A stretch of DNA of 32,652 nt from Bacteroidaceae bacterium. Lineage in GTDB: Bacteria > Bacillota > Clostridia > Lachnospirales > Lachnospiraceae. Below, in pieces: positions 19,900 to 28,148 of this stretch (its first letter is position 1; each line of letters begins with the position of its first letter). A program made the position numbers and the translations under genes. Location: assembly GCA_963620375.1 (NCBI GenBank), contig CAVFAM010000344.1, positions 1 to 32,652 of the forward strand, written 5' to 3'. Under the pieces are notes generated by a model that did no database searches, was not told the origin of the DNA, and worked only from the letters and a program-made list of their open reading frames with translations.

Positions 19900-20517
19900 A
19901 TGAGCATAAGAAAAGTGGTCGCAGGACTACTGATTACAGCAGGGATTGCCATTATGGCAGTCCCTTTTTTCTGGCGGGCAACCGGAGAAAAACAGACAGA
20001 ACAGCTCATAAGTGAATTTGAGCAGACATTGGAGGATGATTACGATGAAGAAACAGATGTGGAGGAAGAGCAAACCTCCATTAGTGAAGAGGATGAAGCC
20101 ATTCTTAAAGAAGGCGGTGTTATCGGTATCATTGAGATACCGGGCTTAGATATCAGGTATCCGGTAATGCAAGGAACCACAAGTAAAGTGCTTAATGCAG
20201 GGATTGGTCATATAGAAGAAACAGCAGGAATCGGTGAGAGTGGCAACTGTGTGTTATGCGGTCACAATGGCAGCAGATACGGCACATTTTTTACACCACT
20301 AAATCAGATATCCATAGGCGATGAAGTGATGATAACCGACAAAAATGGGCTGAAGCATATCTATGAGGTAACAGAGACAGAGGTAGTAAATCCGTATGAT
20401 AACAGCATCAAGACACAGAGTGAAGAAAAAGAATTAACTCTTTTTACCTGTTCCCAGAAAGGAACCATGCGTTTTGTGGTCAGGTGCATTTATAAGGAGG
20501 CGGTGATGGATGAATAA
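19900..20517 (+). CDS. Sortase (class D-like)
   Basis: N-terminal membrane anchor, LCGHN, LTLFTC catalytic motif and downstream Arg; ATG 19900 after AGGAG. Confidence 0.88.
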   Translation: MSIRKVVAGLLITAGIAIMAVPFFWRATGEKQTEQLISEFEQTLEDDYDEETDVEEEQTSISEEDEAILKEGGVIGIIEIPGLDIRYPVMQGTTSKVLNAGIGHIEETAGIGESGNCVLCGHNGSRYGTFFTPLNQISIGDEVMITDKNGLKHIYEVTETEVVNPYDNSIKTQSEEKELTLFTCSQKGTMRFVVRCIYKEAVMDE

Positions 20518-20908
20518 GAGATACCGGTTAAGTGAGATAGAAGAGGCAGTATCAGAAATGGAAGAGCTAATCGACACCGAGGATGATATTGCAGAGATTG
20601 ACGATGACTTTCAGATAGTCGTAAGTGGCTGGTCTGTGTATGTCGAAAGCCTGAATCTGACACTCAGACAGGGAATAGCCTGTGCATGGGATGCGGAGGA
20701 AGGATTATTTATGCCTGATTTTGATGTGACCATCGTGTATGAAGGGAACATTGAAACACAGGAGTGGCTCTACTACGAGCAGGACGGAATGGTCGTTACA
20801 CTTGGCAACTGGTTAAATGGCAGATTGTCTTGTGAACAGATAGAACAGCTTTGGTGTGAGCTTATCATACCGGAGCATAACAAAGAACAAAAAGAAAGCG
20901 AGGAATAG
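20510..20908 (+). CDS. Acidic hypothetical protein
   Basis: 132-aa ORF overlapping the sortase stop; RBS AAGGAGG. Confidence 0.7.
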   Translation: MNKRYRLSEIEEAVSEMEELIDTEDDIAEIDDDFQIVVSGWSVYVESLNLTLRQGIACAWDAEEGLFMPDFDVTIVYEGNIETQEWLYYEQDGMVVTLGNWLNGRLSCEQIEQLWCELIIPEHNKEQKESEE

Positions 20909-20911
20909 CAT

Positions 20912-21601
20912 ATGAAGTATTCAATTAAGGTAAACGAAGTAAGAGCAAAAGAAGGCAGCAATATCAAAGGATTTGCAACAGTGGTATTCGGTGATTCATT
21001 TAAGATCACCAATATAGCAATCCTTGAGAATAAGGACAAGGGAGAGCTTTTTGTATCAATGCCAAGATACCGCTCCAATGAGCGTGATGAAAGCAACGGT
21101 GTGATTTATAAGGATGTGTGCAATCCTATCACAGCAGAGTTTCGTGAGGAACTCTACACCAATATCCTTGATGCCTATGCAAGAATCAAGGAACCGGAGA
21201 AAGAGGAGACACAGAAGCAGGAGCGTACACAGGAAATGCCGGAGTTTTCCGTAACTGTGACACCTTATGAGAGGGAAGGCAGTAACATCAAAGGACTTGC
21301 CCGTATTTACTTTGAAAACAGTTTCATTGTAAATAATATCAATATCGTGCAGGGCAAAGAAAAAATCTTTGTATCAATGCCTTCTTATAAGACAAAGCAG
21401 GTGGATGAGCAGGGTAAGCCAATCTATCAGGATGTCTGCTATCCGGTCACAAAGGATTTCAGGGAAAAACTCTATAATGAGATTATCTCGGAATATGAGA
21501 AAGCAAAGGATAAGAGCAATGAAAAGGCGAGGGAGAGTGCTGAGAGACATCATGGCAATCCCGATAAAGAGAAGGACAAAGAGGCAACACCCTTTCGATA
21601 A
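20912..21601 (+). CDS. Tandem SpoVG-domain protein
   Basis: Two copies of GSNIKG(F/L)A...F..SF....I.I......LFVSMP...Y.DVC.P.T..FRE.LY. Confidence 0.85.
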   Translation: MKYSIKVNEVRAKEGSNIKGFATVVFGDSFKITNIAILENKDKGELFVSMPRYRSNERDESNGVIYKDVCNPITAEFREELYTNILDAYARIKEPEKEETQKQERTQEMPEFSVTVTPYEREGSNIKGLARIYFENSFIVNNINIVQGKEKIFVSMPSYKTKQVDEQGKPIYQDVCYPVTKDFREKLYNEIISEYEKAKDKSNEKARESAERHHGNPDKEKDKEATPFR

Positions 21602-21661
21602 TTAGTAATCAGAGTACAGGGGCGGCCAAGGCTGCCCCATTTACAGAATGGAGGAAACAGA

Positions 21662-22582
21662 ATGGATATGGAAGCAGGAAAAACACTTACCAATGAGGAG
21701 GTTATAAGGGAACTTCTCGAATTACTAAAGAAAAATGCCATGAAAGAGCAGGCAAATAATGTATTTGAGATATGCAGCTATGTGGATGGACTGGAGAAAA
21801 AGATTGATTCCATGACGGAAGAACTCACCAATATGCAGAACCAGATCAAAGAAATGCAGGAGGATACCCTTGTCAATAATGCTAAAAAGGCATTGTCGGA
21901 AGCACAGGAGCGACTTAATGCCAGATGTGAGCAGATAAAGTCACAGGTGTTTGCAGTGAAAGCACAGGTCAAATCTACAGCAAAGAGCATAGTTGATGAA
22001 GCAAAGGCAAAGGGAAGAGCTGCATTATACAGGGTGTCGGAGTTCTTAGGAATTAAGAAAAGACTTCTTGATATCCGGGAAAATGTAAGAGGTGCAATCA
22101 AGACCACGGATAAGGATATAGCAAAGACAGCACTTCTTGCAAAAGGATTTCGTGAAGCAGGGCAGACAGCAGCCAATGCATTCCGCACTTTTGCTGACAA
22201 ATCGGAGGTGGATTATTTACAGAAAGAGCAGAAACATCCAATTACAAAGGCAGTGCTTGCCCCTATGAAAGCAGTGAAAAAGATGCTGGTATCAATGGAG
22301 CTTCATCTGGATGCATCGATTGATAAGCTGGATAATCTGGCTATGAATGTGCAGCTTGATAAGGAAAAGCATATGGAGAATGCGAAAGCACAGGAACAGA
22401 CAGAGCCGGAGAGGGCAGAAGCTGAGCGAGTAGAAGCAGAGGTTGTATATTCACCTATGGTCGCTGAATCACAGGAGTATCAGTATAATGCAGATGCATT
22501 TGAGGCTAGAGACGTGGATGAGGTGAAGCAGGAAGCGGCACATAAGGAAGTATCAAAGGTAAGAGAAGATAAAGCCAGATAG
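21662..22582 (+). CDS. Coiled-coil ICE protein (DUF6674-like)
   Basis: Heptad-rich 306-aa ORF; RBS GGAGG; family call from recalled pattern. Confidence 0.6.
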   Translation: MDMEAGKTLTNEEVIRELLELLKKNAMKEQANNVFEICSYVDGLEKKIDSMTEELTNMQNQIKEMQEDTLVNNAKKALSEAQERLNARCEQIKSQVFAVKAQVKSTAKSIVDEAKAKGRAALYRVSEFLGIKKRLLDIRENVRGAIKTTDKDIAKTALLAKGFREAGQTAANAFRTFADKSEVDYLQKEQKHPITKAVLAPMKAVKKMLVSMELHLDASIDKLDNLAMNVQLDKEKHMENAKAQEQTEPERAEAERVEAEVVYSPMVAESQEYQYNADAFEARDVDEVKQEAAHKEVSKVREDKAR

Positions 22583-22587
22583 TTTTG

Positions 22588-22618
22588 AGGACGTGGGAGA
22601 GATTCTGCGTCCTTTTTT
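22588..22618 (+). terminator. Intrinsic terminator ending the backbone operon
   Basis: AGGACGTGGGA-GAGA-TTCTGCGTCCT followed by a T-tract. Confidence 0.75.
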
Positions 22619-22771
22619 GTGTAGATGAACAGTACATATGTGCATGAACCTATTTTGGAGGAGTAGATTGATAAGTTATAAGCAAAGGATACTATAGAAG
22701 ACTCTCTGTTAATGCAAGCGAAAAGAGAAAAATTGCTAATCTCTTCTCGCTCATATTTGCTTGCATAGTTA

Positions 22772-23773
22772 CTATACAACTATATCAAACTGAAGCATCA
22801 TGCCACCAAAATTGTCAATAAAATAGGCATATTGCTTTGGATGAGTTGCTTTCAGTTTTTGATAACGATTGGATTCTGGAACTTCAAGGTGAACTCCGAA
22901 CCCACAAAACATACAACCATTTCTTGTATAACCCATATTGTATAAATCTGGGATCTTAACATTATATTTTTCAATATATTCATTAATATCATCATCAGTC
23001 CAAAAAGAGAGTGGCTTACATTGGTTGTCTTTAAATTGATAAAAAACATTACAGCCATATTCAAGCCAGGCTTTTTCACGTTGGTAACTTTCGGATGCCA
23101 GGATTCCTAATATAACACATTTCATCCCTAATTCTTTTGCTTTACGGCGAAGTGGCTCCTTTTTTAGCTTGTCGCAACACTTATCAGAAATAGGTAATTC
23201 CATATATTTTTGATATTTCTTGAAGTTGCGCTCTATGTAATCAATAGAGTTTTGCTTGGTACGAGGAGTTTTTGCGTGTTGATATGTTCTGATGGCGTTT
23301 GAAACGCGTTTGGAGAACATAGGATACCCATAGTGTTCCACTACTTTTTTGAAATTCCACATTTCTCCCTTAGAATCTATAGGATAGACAATCATGATAT
23401 TGGTATGATTTTCTTTGATTTCCCATTGGATGTGTTTTAAGGTTTCAGGATATTCGTTAGTGGTATTTGCAAATAAATGTAATATGTTAGGGTATAATTG
23501 TTTAGTAATATGAGATAACACCGTAGAGTCTTTTCCACCCGAATAAGATATGTAGCAGTGATCTTCTCCAAAAGTTCTAACAGCTTGATTAATAAGATAC
23601 TTTGTCTGAATTATTTTGGCTTCAAGAGGCATAGAACGCAATGAAGCTAAAGTGTCACGTCGGTAAGTGAGATATTGAGTACGTTCTTCTCCACATTTCT
23701 TGCAGTATCTGGAATCGCGACTATAACGCATGTTTTCATCGTACTCTTCATCACATTTTTTACAAACAAACAT
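22772..23773 (-). CDS. PAPS/APS-reductase-family (PP-loop) protein with N-terminal Zn-ribbon
   Basis: SYSGGKDS PP-loop, DKCCDKLKKEP and RNGCMFC cysteines, N-terminal CKKC...CKKC. Probable start 23773 after AGGAGG RBS (complement at 23783-23788). Confidence 0.85.
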   Translation of the reverse strand: MFVCKKCDEEYDENMRYSRDSRYCKKCGEERTQYLTYRRDTLASLRSMPLEAKIIQTKYLINQAVRTFGEDHCYISYSGGKDSTVLSHITKQLYPNILHLFANTTNEYPETLKHIQWEIKENHTNIMIVYPIDSKGEMWNFKKVVEHYGYPMFSKRVSNAIRTYQHAKTPRTKQNSIDYIERNFKKYQKYMELPISDKCCDKLKKEPLRRKAKELGMKCVILGILASESYQREKAWLEYGCNVFYQFKDNQCKPLSFWTDDDINEYIEKYNVKIPDLYNMGYTRNGCMFCGFGVHLEVPESNRYQKLKATHPKQYAYFIDNFGGMMLQFDIVV

Positions 23774-23801
23774 TGTTTTAATCCTCCTTTTCTGTTTTTG
23801 A

Positions 23802-23902
23802 ACTAACAAATTTTTTGTATTTTTATTATAATACAAAATAATTGTTAGTCAAGAGCAAAAATACAAAATTTTATTGTAAAAAAAGCATAATTATAGTACA
23901 AT
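23802..23902. promoter_or_regulatory. Divergent promoters with a large operator palindrome
   Basis: 48-bp inverted repeat at 23802-23849 (18/20 arm matches) built from two ACAA-N5-TTGT boxes. Minus-strand promoter TTGACT(23852-23847)-16-TATAAT(23830-23825); plus-strand promoter TTGTAA(23874-23879)-17-TACAAT(23897-23902). Confidence 0.7.
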
Positions 23903-23928
23903 AAAAAATTGGAAAGGTGGGCATTTCT

Positions 23929-24261
23929 ATGGAAATTGGAAGCAGATTATCTGAATTAAGAAAGAAATATGGATACACACAAAAACAATTAGCAGAGGCT
24001 CTCAATTTGTCTCAACAAAGAGTGAGTAACATAGAAAGGAATACCACGGCACCAGATGTGGAATTTTTACATGGTGCAGCTGATTTGTACAAGATTTCTT
24101 TAGATGAACTTATTGGTAGAAGAACACTTATCACTGAGGAAAGCAGCTATGAACAGCAGATATTAAATGTCGTTGAAACTATGGACGACACAAAAAAAGA
24201 GCTGAGTTTGCGTTTGTTAAACGAAGTGGCTCAACAAAGAGGTGATAAAGATGGCGAATAG
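23929..24261 (+). CDS. XRE-family HTH transcriptional regulator
   Basis: RLSELRKKYGYTQKQLAEALNLSQQRVSNIERN..APD...ISLDELIG; start 23929 or 23917. Confidence 0.9.
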   Translation: MEIGSRLSELRKKYGYTQKQLAEALNLSQQRVSNIERNTTAPDVEFLHGAADLYKISLDELIGRRTLITEESSYEQQILNVVETMDDTKKELSLRLLNEVAQQRGDKDGE

Positions 24262-25639
24262 TTATTTTAACGAAAATACGCTTGAGGAGTTAATTGAAGA
24301 AATTAAGTATGTCTACAAGTCCGATGACAGACCATGGGTTATAGGATATAGCGGTGGTAAGGATTCTACAACCGTAGTAGAACTTGTTTATAAGATGTTA
24401 TTGGGATTAGATCCAGATGATAGACATAAAAATGTTTATATTGTATCTTCGGATACTCTAATTGAAAATCCACTTATAAAAATATATTTAAGTAAAATGA
24501 ATGATTTGTTGGGACAGGCAGCAGATAGAGATGGGCTACCAATAAAGTCGGCTATGGTTACACCTCCACCAAACAATTCGTTTTGGGCAAATGTAATTGG
24601 AAGAGGATTCCCTACACCTAGAATGAATGGAACATTCAGATGGTGTACAGATAGATTAAAAATAAATCCTAGTGGTGAATATATTCAAAGAGTTATTGAC
24701 GAGGAAGGAAAAGAAGTAGTTGTTCTTCTTGGAGTCAGAAAAGCAGAAAGTATAGCACGAAAGAGAAGAATTGAAGGCAGAGAACTTGCAAATAGACTTC
24801 TAAATCGACATGAAACCATACAGGATGCATATGTTTATAACCCTATTGTAGAACTTACAACAGATGACGTATGGGATGTTTTACTTAGGTGTGATGGCGG
24901 AAGAACACCTTGGGGATCGGATAATAGCGAGTTGGTATCGCTTTACGCGGATGCAGATAGTGGAGAATGTCCTTTTGCTGGTATTCATGCAGGTGGTCAG
25001 ACACAGAGCTGTGGTAATTCACGTTTTGGGTGCTGGGTATGCACAGTTGTTAAAGAAGATAAGTCGTTAAATGGATTTATAAAGAGTGGACATAGAGAGT
25101 TGATACCGCTTGCTGAATTTAGAAGTTGGCTTATGAGTATACGAGATAATGAAGAATATCGAGAGAAAAAGAGAAGAAATGGAACGGTATATCGTGATAA
25201 GCAAGGTAATATGGGATTCGGTCCATTTAACTGGAAAGCAAGAAAACTTATTCTTCGAAAGTTGTTAGAAACCCAACAGGTTATGGGATATGAACTTATA
25301 ACATTAGATGAACTGAAAGCAATAGATGAAATCTGGGATCAAGAATTAGACTTATCTCGAAGAGTTTTAGTGGAATTATATGAGGAAATAACAGGGAAAA
25401 GACTTCCTTGGTATGACTATAAAGAACCTTTGATTGATAATGAAACTGTTGTTGAATTAGAAAATCTGGCTCAAAAAAATAATGTACCAGAGGAATTGAT
25501 CCGCAATCTGTTATTATCGGTTTATCGAAATAAAAACTATTCAAATCAAAAAATACTTAGAGATGGAATAGATAGGCTATTGAATCAGCAATGGCTACAT
25601 TATGAAATAATAGAGGAGATTGAAAATGAAAATCAATAA
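24251..25639 (+). CDS. dndC: DNA phosphorothioation sulfurtransferase DndC
   Basis: PWVIGYSGGKDST, SDTLIENP, FWANVIGRGFPTP, RWCTDRLKI, GVRKAES, ECP, SCGNSRFGCWVCTVV..DKS and GPF motifs. Confidence 0.93.
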   Translation: MANSYFNENTLEELIEEIKYVYKSDDRPWVIGYSGGKDSTTVVELVYKMLLGLDPDDRHKNVYIVSSDTLIENPLIKIYLSKMNDLLGQAADRDGLPIKSAMVTPPPNNSFWANVIGRGFPTPRMNGTFRWCTDRLKINPSGEYIQRVIDEEGKEVVVLLGVRKAESIARKRRIEGRELANRLLNRHETIQDAYVYNPIVELTTDDVWDVLLRCDGGRTPWGSDNSELVSLYADADSGECPFAGIHAGGQTQSCGNSRFGCWVCTVVKEDKSLNGFIKSGHRELIPLAEFRSWLMSIRDNEEYREKKRRNGTVYRDKQGNMGFGPFNWKARKLILRKLLETQQVMGYELITLDELKAIDEIWDQELDLSRRVLVELYEEITGKRLPWYDYKEPLIDNETVVELENLAQKNNVPEELIRNLLLSVYRNKNYSNQKILRDGIDRLLNQQWLHYEIIEEIENENQ

Positions 25640-27764
25640 AGTAAAATTACATAATTTCAGCTCCTATGAGGGTAATAATGAATTTGATTTCGAGATAACA
25701 GATGCTGGAAAAAACATTGTACTCATTGGTGGAAAAAATGGGGCAGGTAAAACTTCTCTTTTTACGGCAATAAAAGTTGCATTGTATGGACCATTAGCAT
25801 ATGGATATGTAGGTGTAAATAGTCATTATATTTCTAAAATTAAAGACCTAATCAATTCAAAAGCATTTCAACAGGAGGTTGTGGAATCGGAAGTACAGAT
25901 AACGCTACAACTTAAGATTGAGCGTGATATTAGAAATTATGTGATAACAAGGAAATGGGATTATACCAATCAAAGGCTTACAGAGAAATACACAGTAGAA
26001 AGAGATGGCAAGCAATTGAATGACCAGGAATTGTCATACTTTGAGAATTATTTGCGAAGTATTATCCCTCCGGACTTATTTGAATTTTTCCTCTTTGATG
26101 GAGAAGAGGTTGGTAATATTTTCTCTACCAGTGCATACAACACATATGTTAGGAATGCTGTATTCACAATGTGCGGAATGGATGTGTTTGAGATTATCCG
26201 TAAATTTACACAAGGATATGTAACAAGAAACAATTCTATAGATGATGATGACGCATACGACACATATGAGTCTGCAAAACAGCAGATGGAACTATTAGAA
26301 ACAGAGAAGAAAAAACTTGAATCAAAAGTAAACAATTTAACAAAGGAATTAGAAGATATAGAGGTTCAACTTACTGAATTAGAAACTGCATTTAAAAATG
26401 CAGGAGGAATTTCGCGTAAAGAGAAGAAACAGTTAGAAGATGAGTATAATCATGCAGAGAAAGTGAAAACGGAAACACTTACAAATATTAAAATATTTGT
26501 AGAAGGACTAATGCCGTTTTATATATTGAAAGAATTTACTAATCCAATTATGTCACAACTGGATTTTGAAGAAAAAGGTGAGATATTTTATTACGTTCAA
26601 AGCAAGCTGAAGCGAGATTCAATTTCAGAATTATTAAAAGGTGATGTGTCAGATTCGAAGGTGGATCAGTTGATGGATTATTTATTGGACACATTTAGAC
26701 CAAAAGGTTTCCGTGAAGATCTGGAAATGATGTTTGATTTGTCAAAAGAGGACATTGGACGAGTAAATGGCATTGTATCGTCTTTAGATGATTTTGATGT
26801 ATCTGCAATGGTTGATATGGTTAAAAAGAGAAAGGCAGCTTCTGAAAGAACAGCAGAGATTAATAGAATTCTGAAAAACTCAATGAGTGAGGAGGATGTT
26901 AATACATTTGCTCAAAAGGAAAATGAAATTCTTAAGAAAAAGGATGACTTAACAAGTAGATTATATGACTCGCAACACAGATTAGAGGATATTGATAAAG
27001 AATTGCATTCGCAAGAACAGATTAGAGATAAAGCGATGCAAATTCTTAAATCAAATGCCCAGAATAAGCATGTCTATGAGCTGAGCACTGGTATTTCTTC
27101 TATGATGGAACAGTTCCTAGAAGAGAAAACTGTAAGCATAAGAAAGAAACTTGAGAAGACTATTGTACAGAAATTGAAGTCAATTTATAGAAAAAACAAT
27201 TTGATAACACATATCGAAATTGGAAAGAATTTTGATTTTAATTTATATCAGGACGAGGAATACAACGGCAAAGAACTCTTGACGCTGTACAAGAATTTGG
27301 GAAGTTCAGAGTTTACAAATCTTATTGGAACTAAAGGTGAAAAAAGACTGATTAAAATGTTACACGGTACATCTATAAATGTGCTGAAAAATATATCTGA
27401 AGTCGAATTGGGCAAGGAACCAATTCAATTATATAAGAAAATTGAGCTAGGAAGATTGTCAAAAGGAGAACGTCAAATTTTTATCTTGGCATTGTATTGG
27501 GCGATTATCGAGATATCAGGACAGAATATTCCGTTTGTTATTGATACTCCATATGCGAGAATTGATGCAAATCATAGACGTGAAATCTCAGAAAAATTCT
27601 TCCCGAATATTAGTAATCAGGTAATTATTCTGTCTACAGATGAAGAAATAAATGAGGAGTATTATAAGATAGTAAAACCTTATATTTCAAAAGAGTATCT
27701 GTTGATTAACGATGAAAATGAAAACAGAACTACGATTGAGAATAATTACTTTTTTGAGGTGTAG
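25626..27764 (+). CDS. dndD: DNA sulfur modification SMC-like ATPase DndD
   Basis: LIGGKNGAGKTS, ALYG, FFLFDGE, long coiled coil, LSKGERQ, VIDTPYARID..HR, QVIILSTDEEI. Confidence 0.92.
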   Translation: MKINKVKLHNFSSYEGNNEFDFEITDAGKNIVLIGGKNGAGKTSLFTAIKVALYGPLAYGYVGVNSHYISKIKDLINSKAFQQEVVESEVQITLQLKIERDIRNYVITRKWDYTNQRLTEKYTVERDGKQLNDQELSYFENYLRSIIPPDLFEFFLFDGEEVGNIFSTSAYNTYVRNAVFTMCGMDVFEIIRKFTQGYVTRNNSIDDDDAYDTYESAKQQMELLETEKKKLESKVNNLTKELEDIEVQLTELETAFKNAGGISRKEKKQLEDEYNHAEKVKTETLTNIKIFVEGLMPFYILKEFTNPIMSQLDFEEKGEIFYYVQSKLKRDSISELLKGDVSDSKVDQLMDYLLDTFRPKGFREDLEMMFDLSKEDIGRVNGIVSSLDDFDVSAMVDMVKKRKAASERTAEINRILKNSMSEEDVNTFAQKENEILKKKDDLTSRLYDSQHRLEDIDKELHSQEQIRDKAMQILKSNAQNKHVYELSTGISSMMEQFLEEKTVSIRKKLEKTIVQKLKSIYRKNNLITHIEIGKNFDFNLYQDEEYNGKELLTLYKNLGSSEFTNLIGTKGEKRLIKMLHGTSINVLKNISEVELGKEPIQLYKKIELGRLSKGERQIFILALYWAIIEISGQNIPFVIDTPYARIDANHRREISEKFFPNISNQVIILSTDEEINEEYYKIVKPYISKEYLLINDENENRTTIENNYFFEV

Positions 27765-27767
27765 CCA

Positions 27768-28148
27768 ATGATTTTTAGATTAAAAACATCAAAGAGAACA
27801 CAAGAAATCTTTGAGGAACTAGAAAATAGAACAAATTATAAACCATATACCTTGGTTAAGCATGCAATAGCATGGTCTTTGTTAGAAAAAACATCAGTCA
27901 CAGATTATAAGTCAGATTCTGATGGATTAGATTTGAATAGACAGACTATTACAGGTGATAATGATACATATTTCAAGGTGCTTATTGAACAGGTTGAAGG
28001 AAGATGTTTAACAGACGAGGAATATTTTCCACAGTATGTAAAGGCACATATCGACAGAGGTAGTCAACTGTTGCTAGATATGTATAATCATGCTGGAAAT
28101 ATGGATAAATATATTCTTCAGGTTTTAGGAGAGGGGGATACAGTATGA
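27768..28148 (+). CDS. dndE: DNA sulfur modification protein DndE
   Basis: 126 aa; AIAWSL, GLDLNRQTITG and C-terminal AHIDRG patterns; position directly after dndD. Confidence 0.82.
   Translation: MIFRLKTSKRTQEIFEELENRTNYKPYTLVKHAIAWSLLEKTSVTDYKSDSDGLDLNRQTITGDNDTYFKVLIEQVEGRCLTDEEYFPQYVKAHIDRGSQLLLDMYNHAGNMDKYILQVLGEGDTV

Larger units (their letters stand above)
3160..22582 (+). mobile_element. Conjugation/backbone module of a Firmicutes ICE (partial; element ends not visible)
   Basis: Co-oriented virB2-like, virB6-like, prgI, virB4, NlpC/P60, giant MTase-SNF2 helicase, sortase and SpoVG genes in an order typical of clostridial ICEs. Confidence 0.9.

Noticed and set aside
21619..21638. GC-rich dyad as oriT
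   Set aside because: No relaxase gene in the window and no recognisable nic motif, so it cannot be supported.
22772..23773. Housekeeping cysH sulfate-assimilation gene
   Set aside because: No cysD/N/C/I/J context, extra Zn-ribbon, no CysH C-terminal ECGLH motif, and located inside a mobile island.
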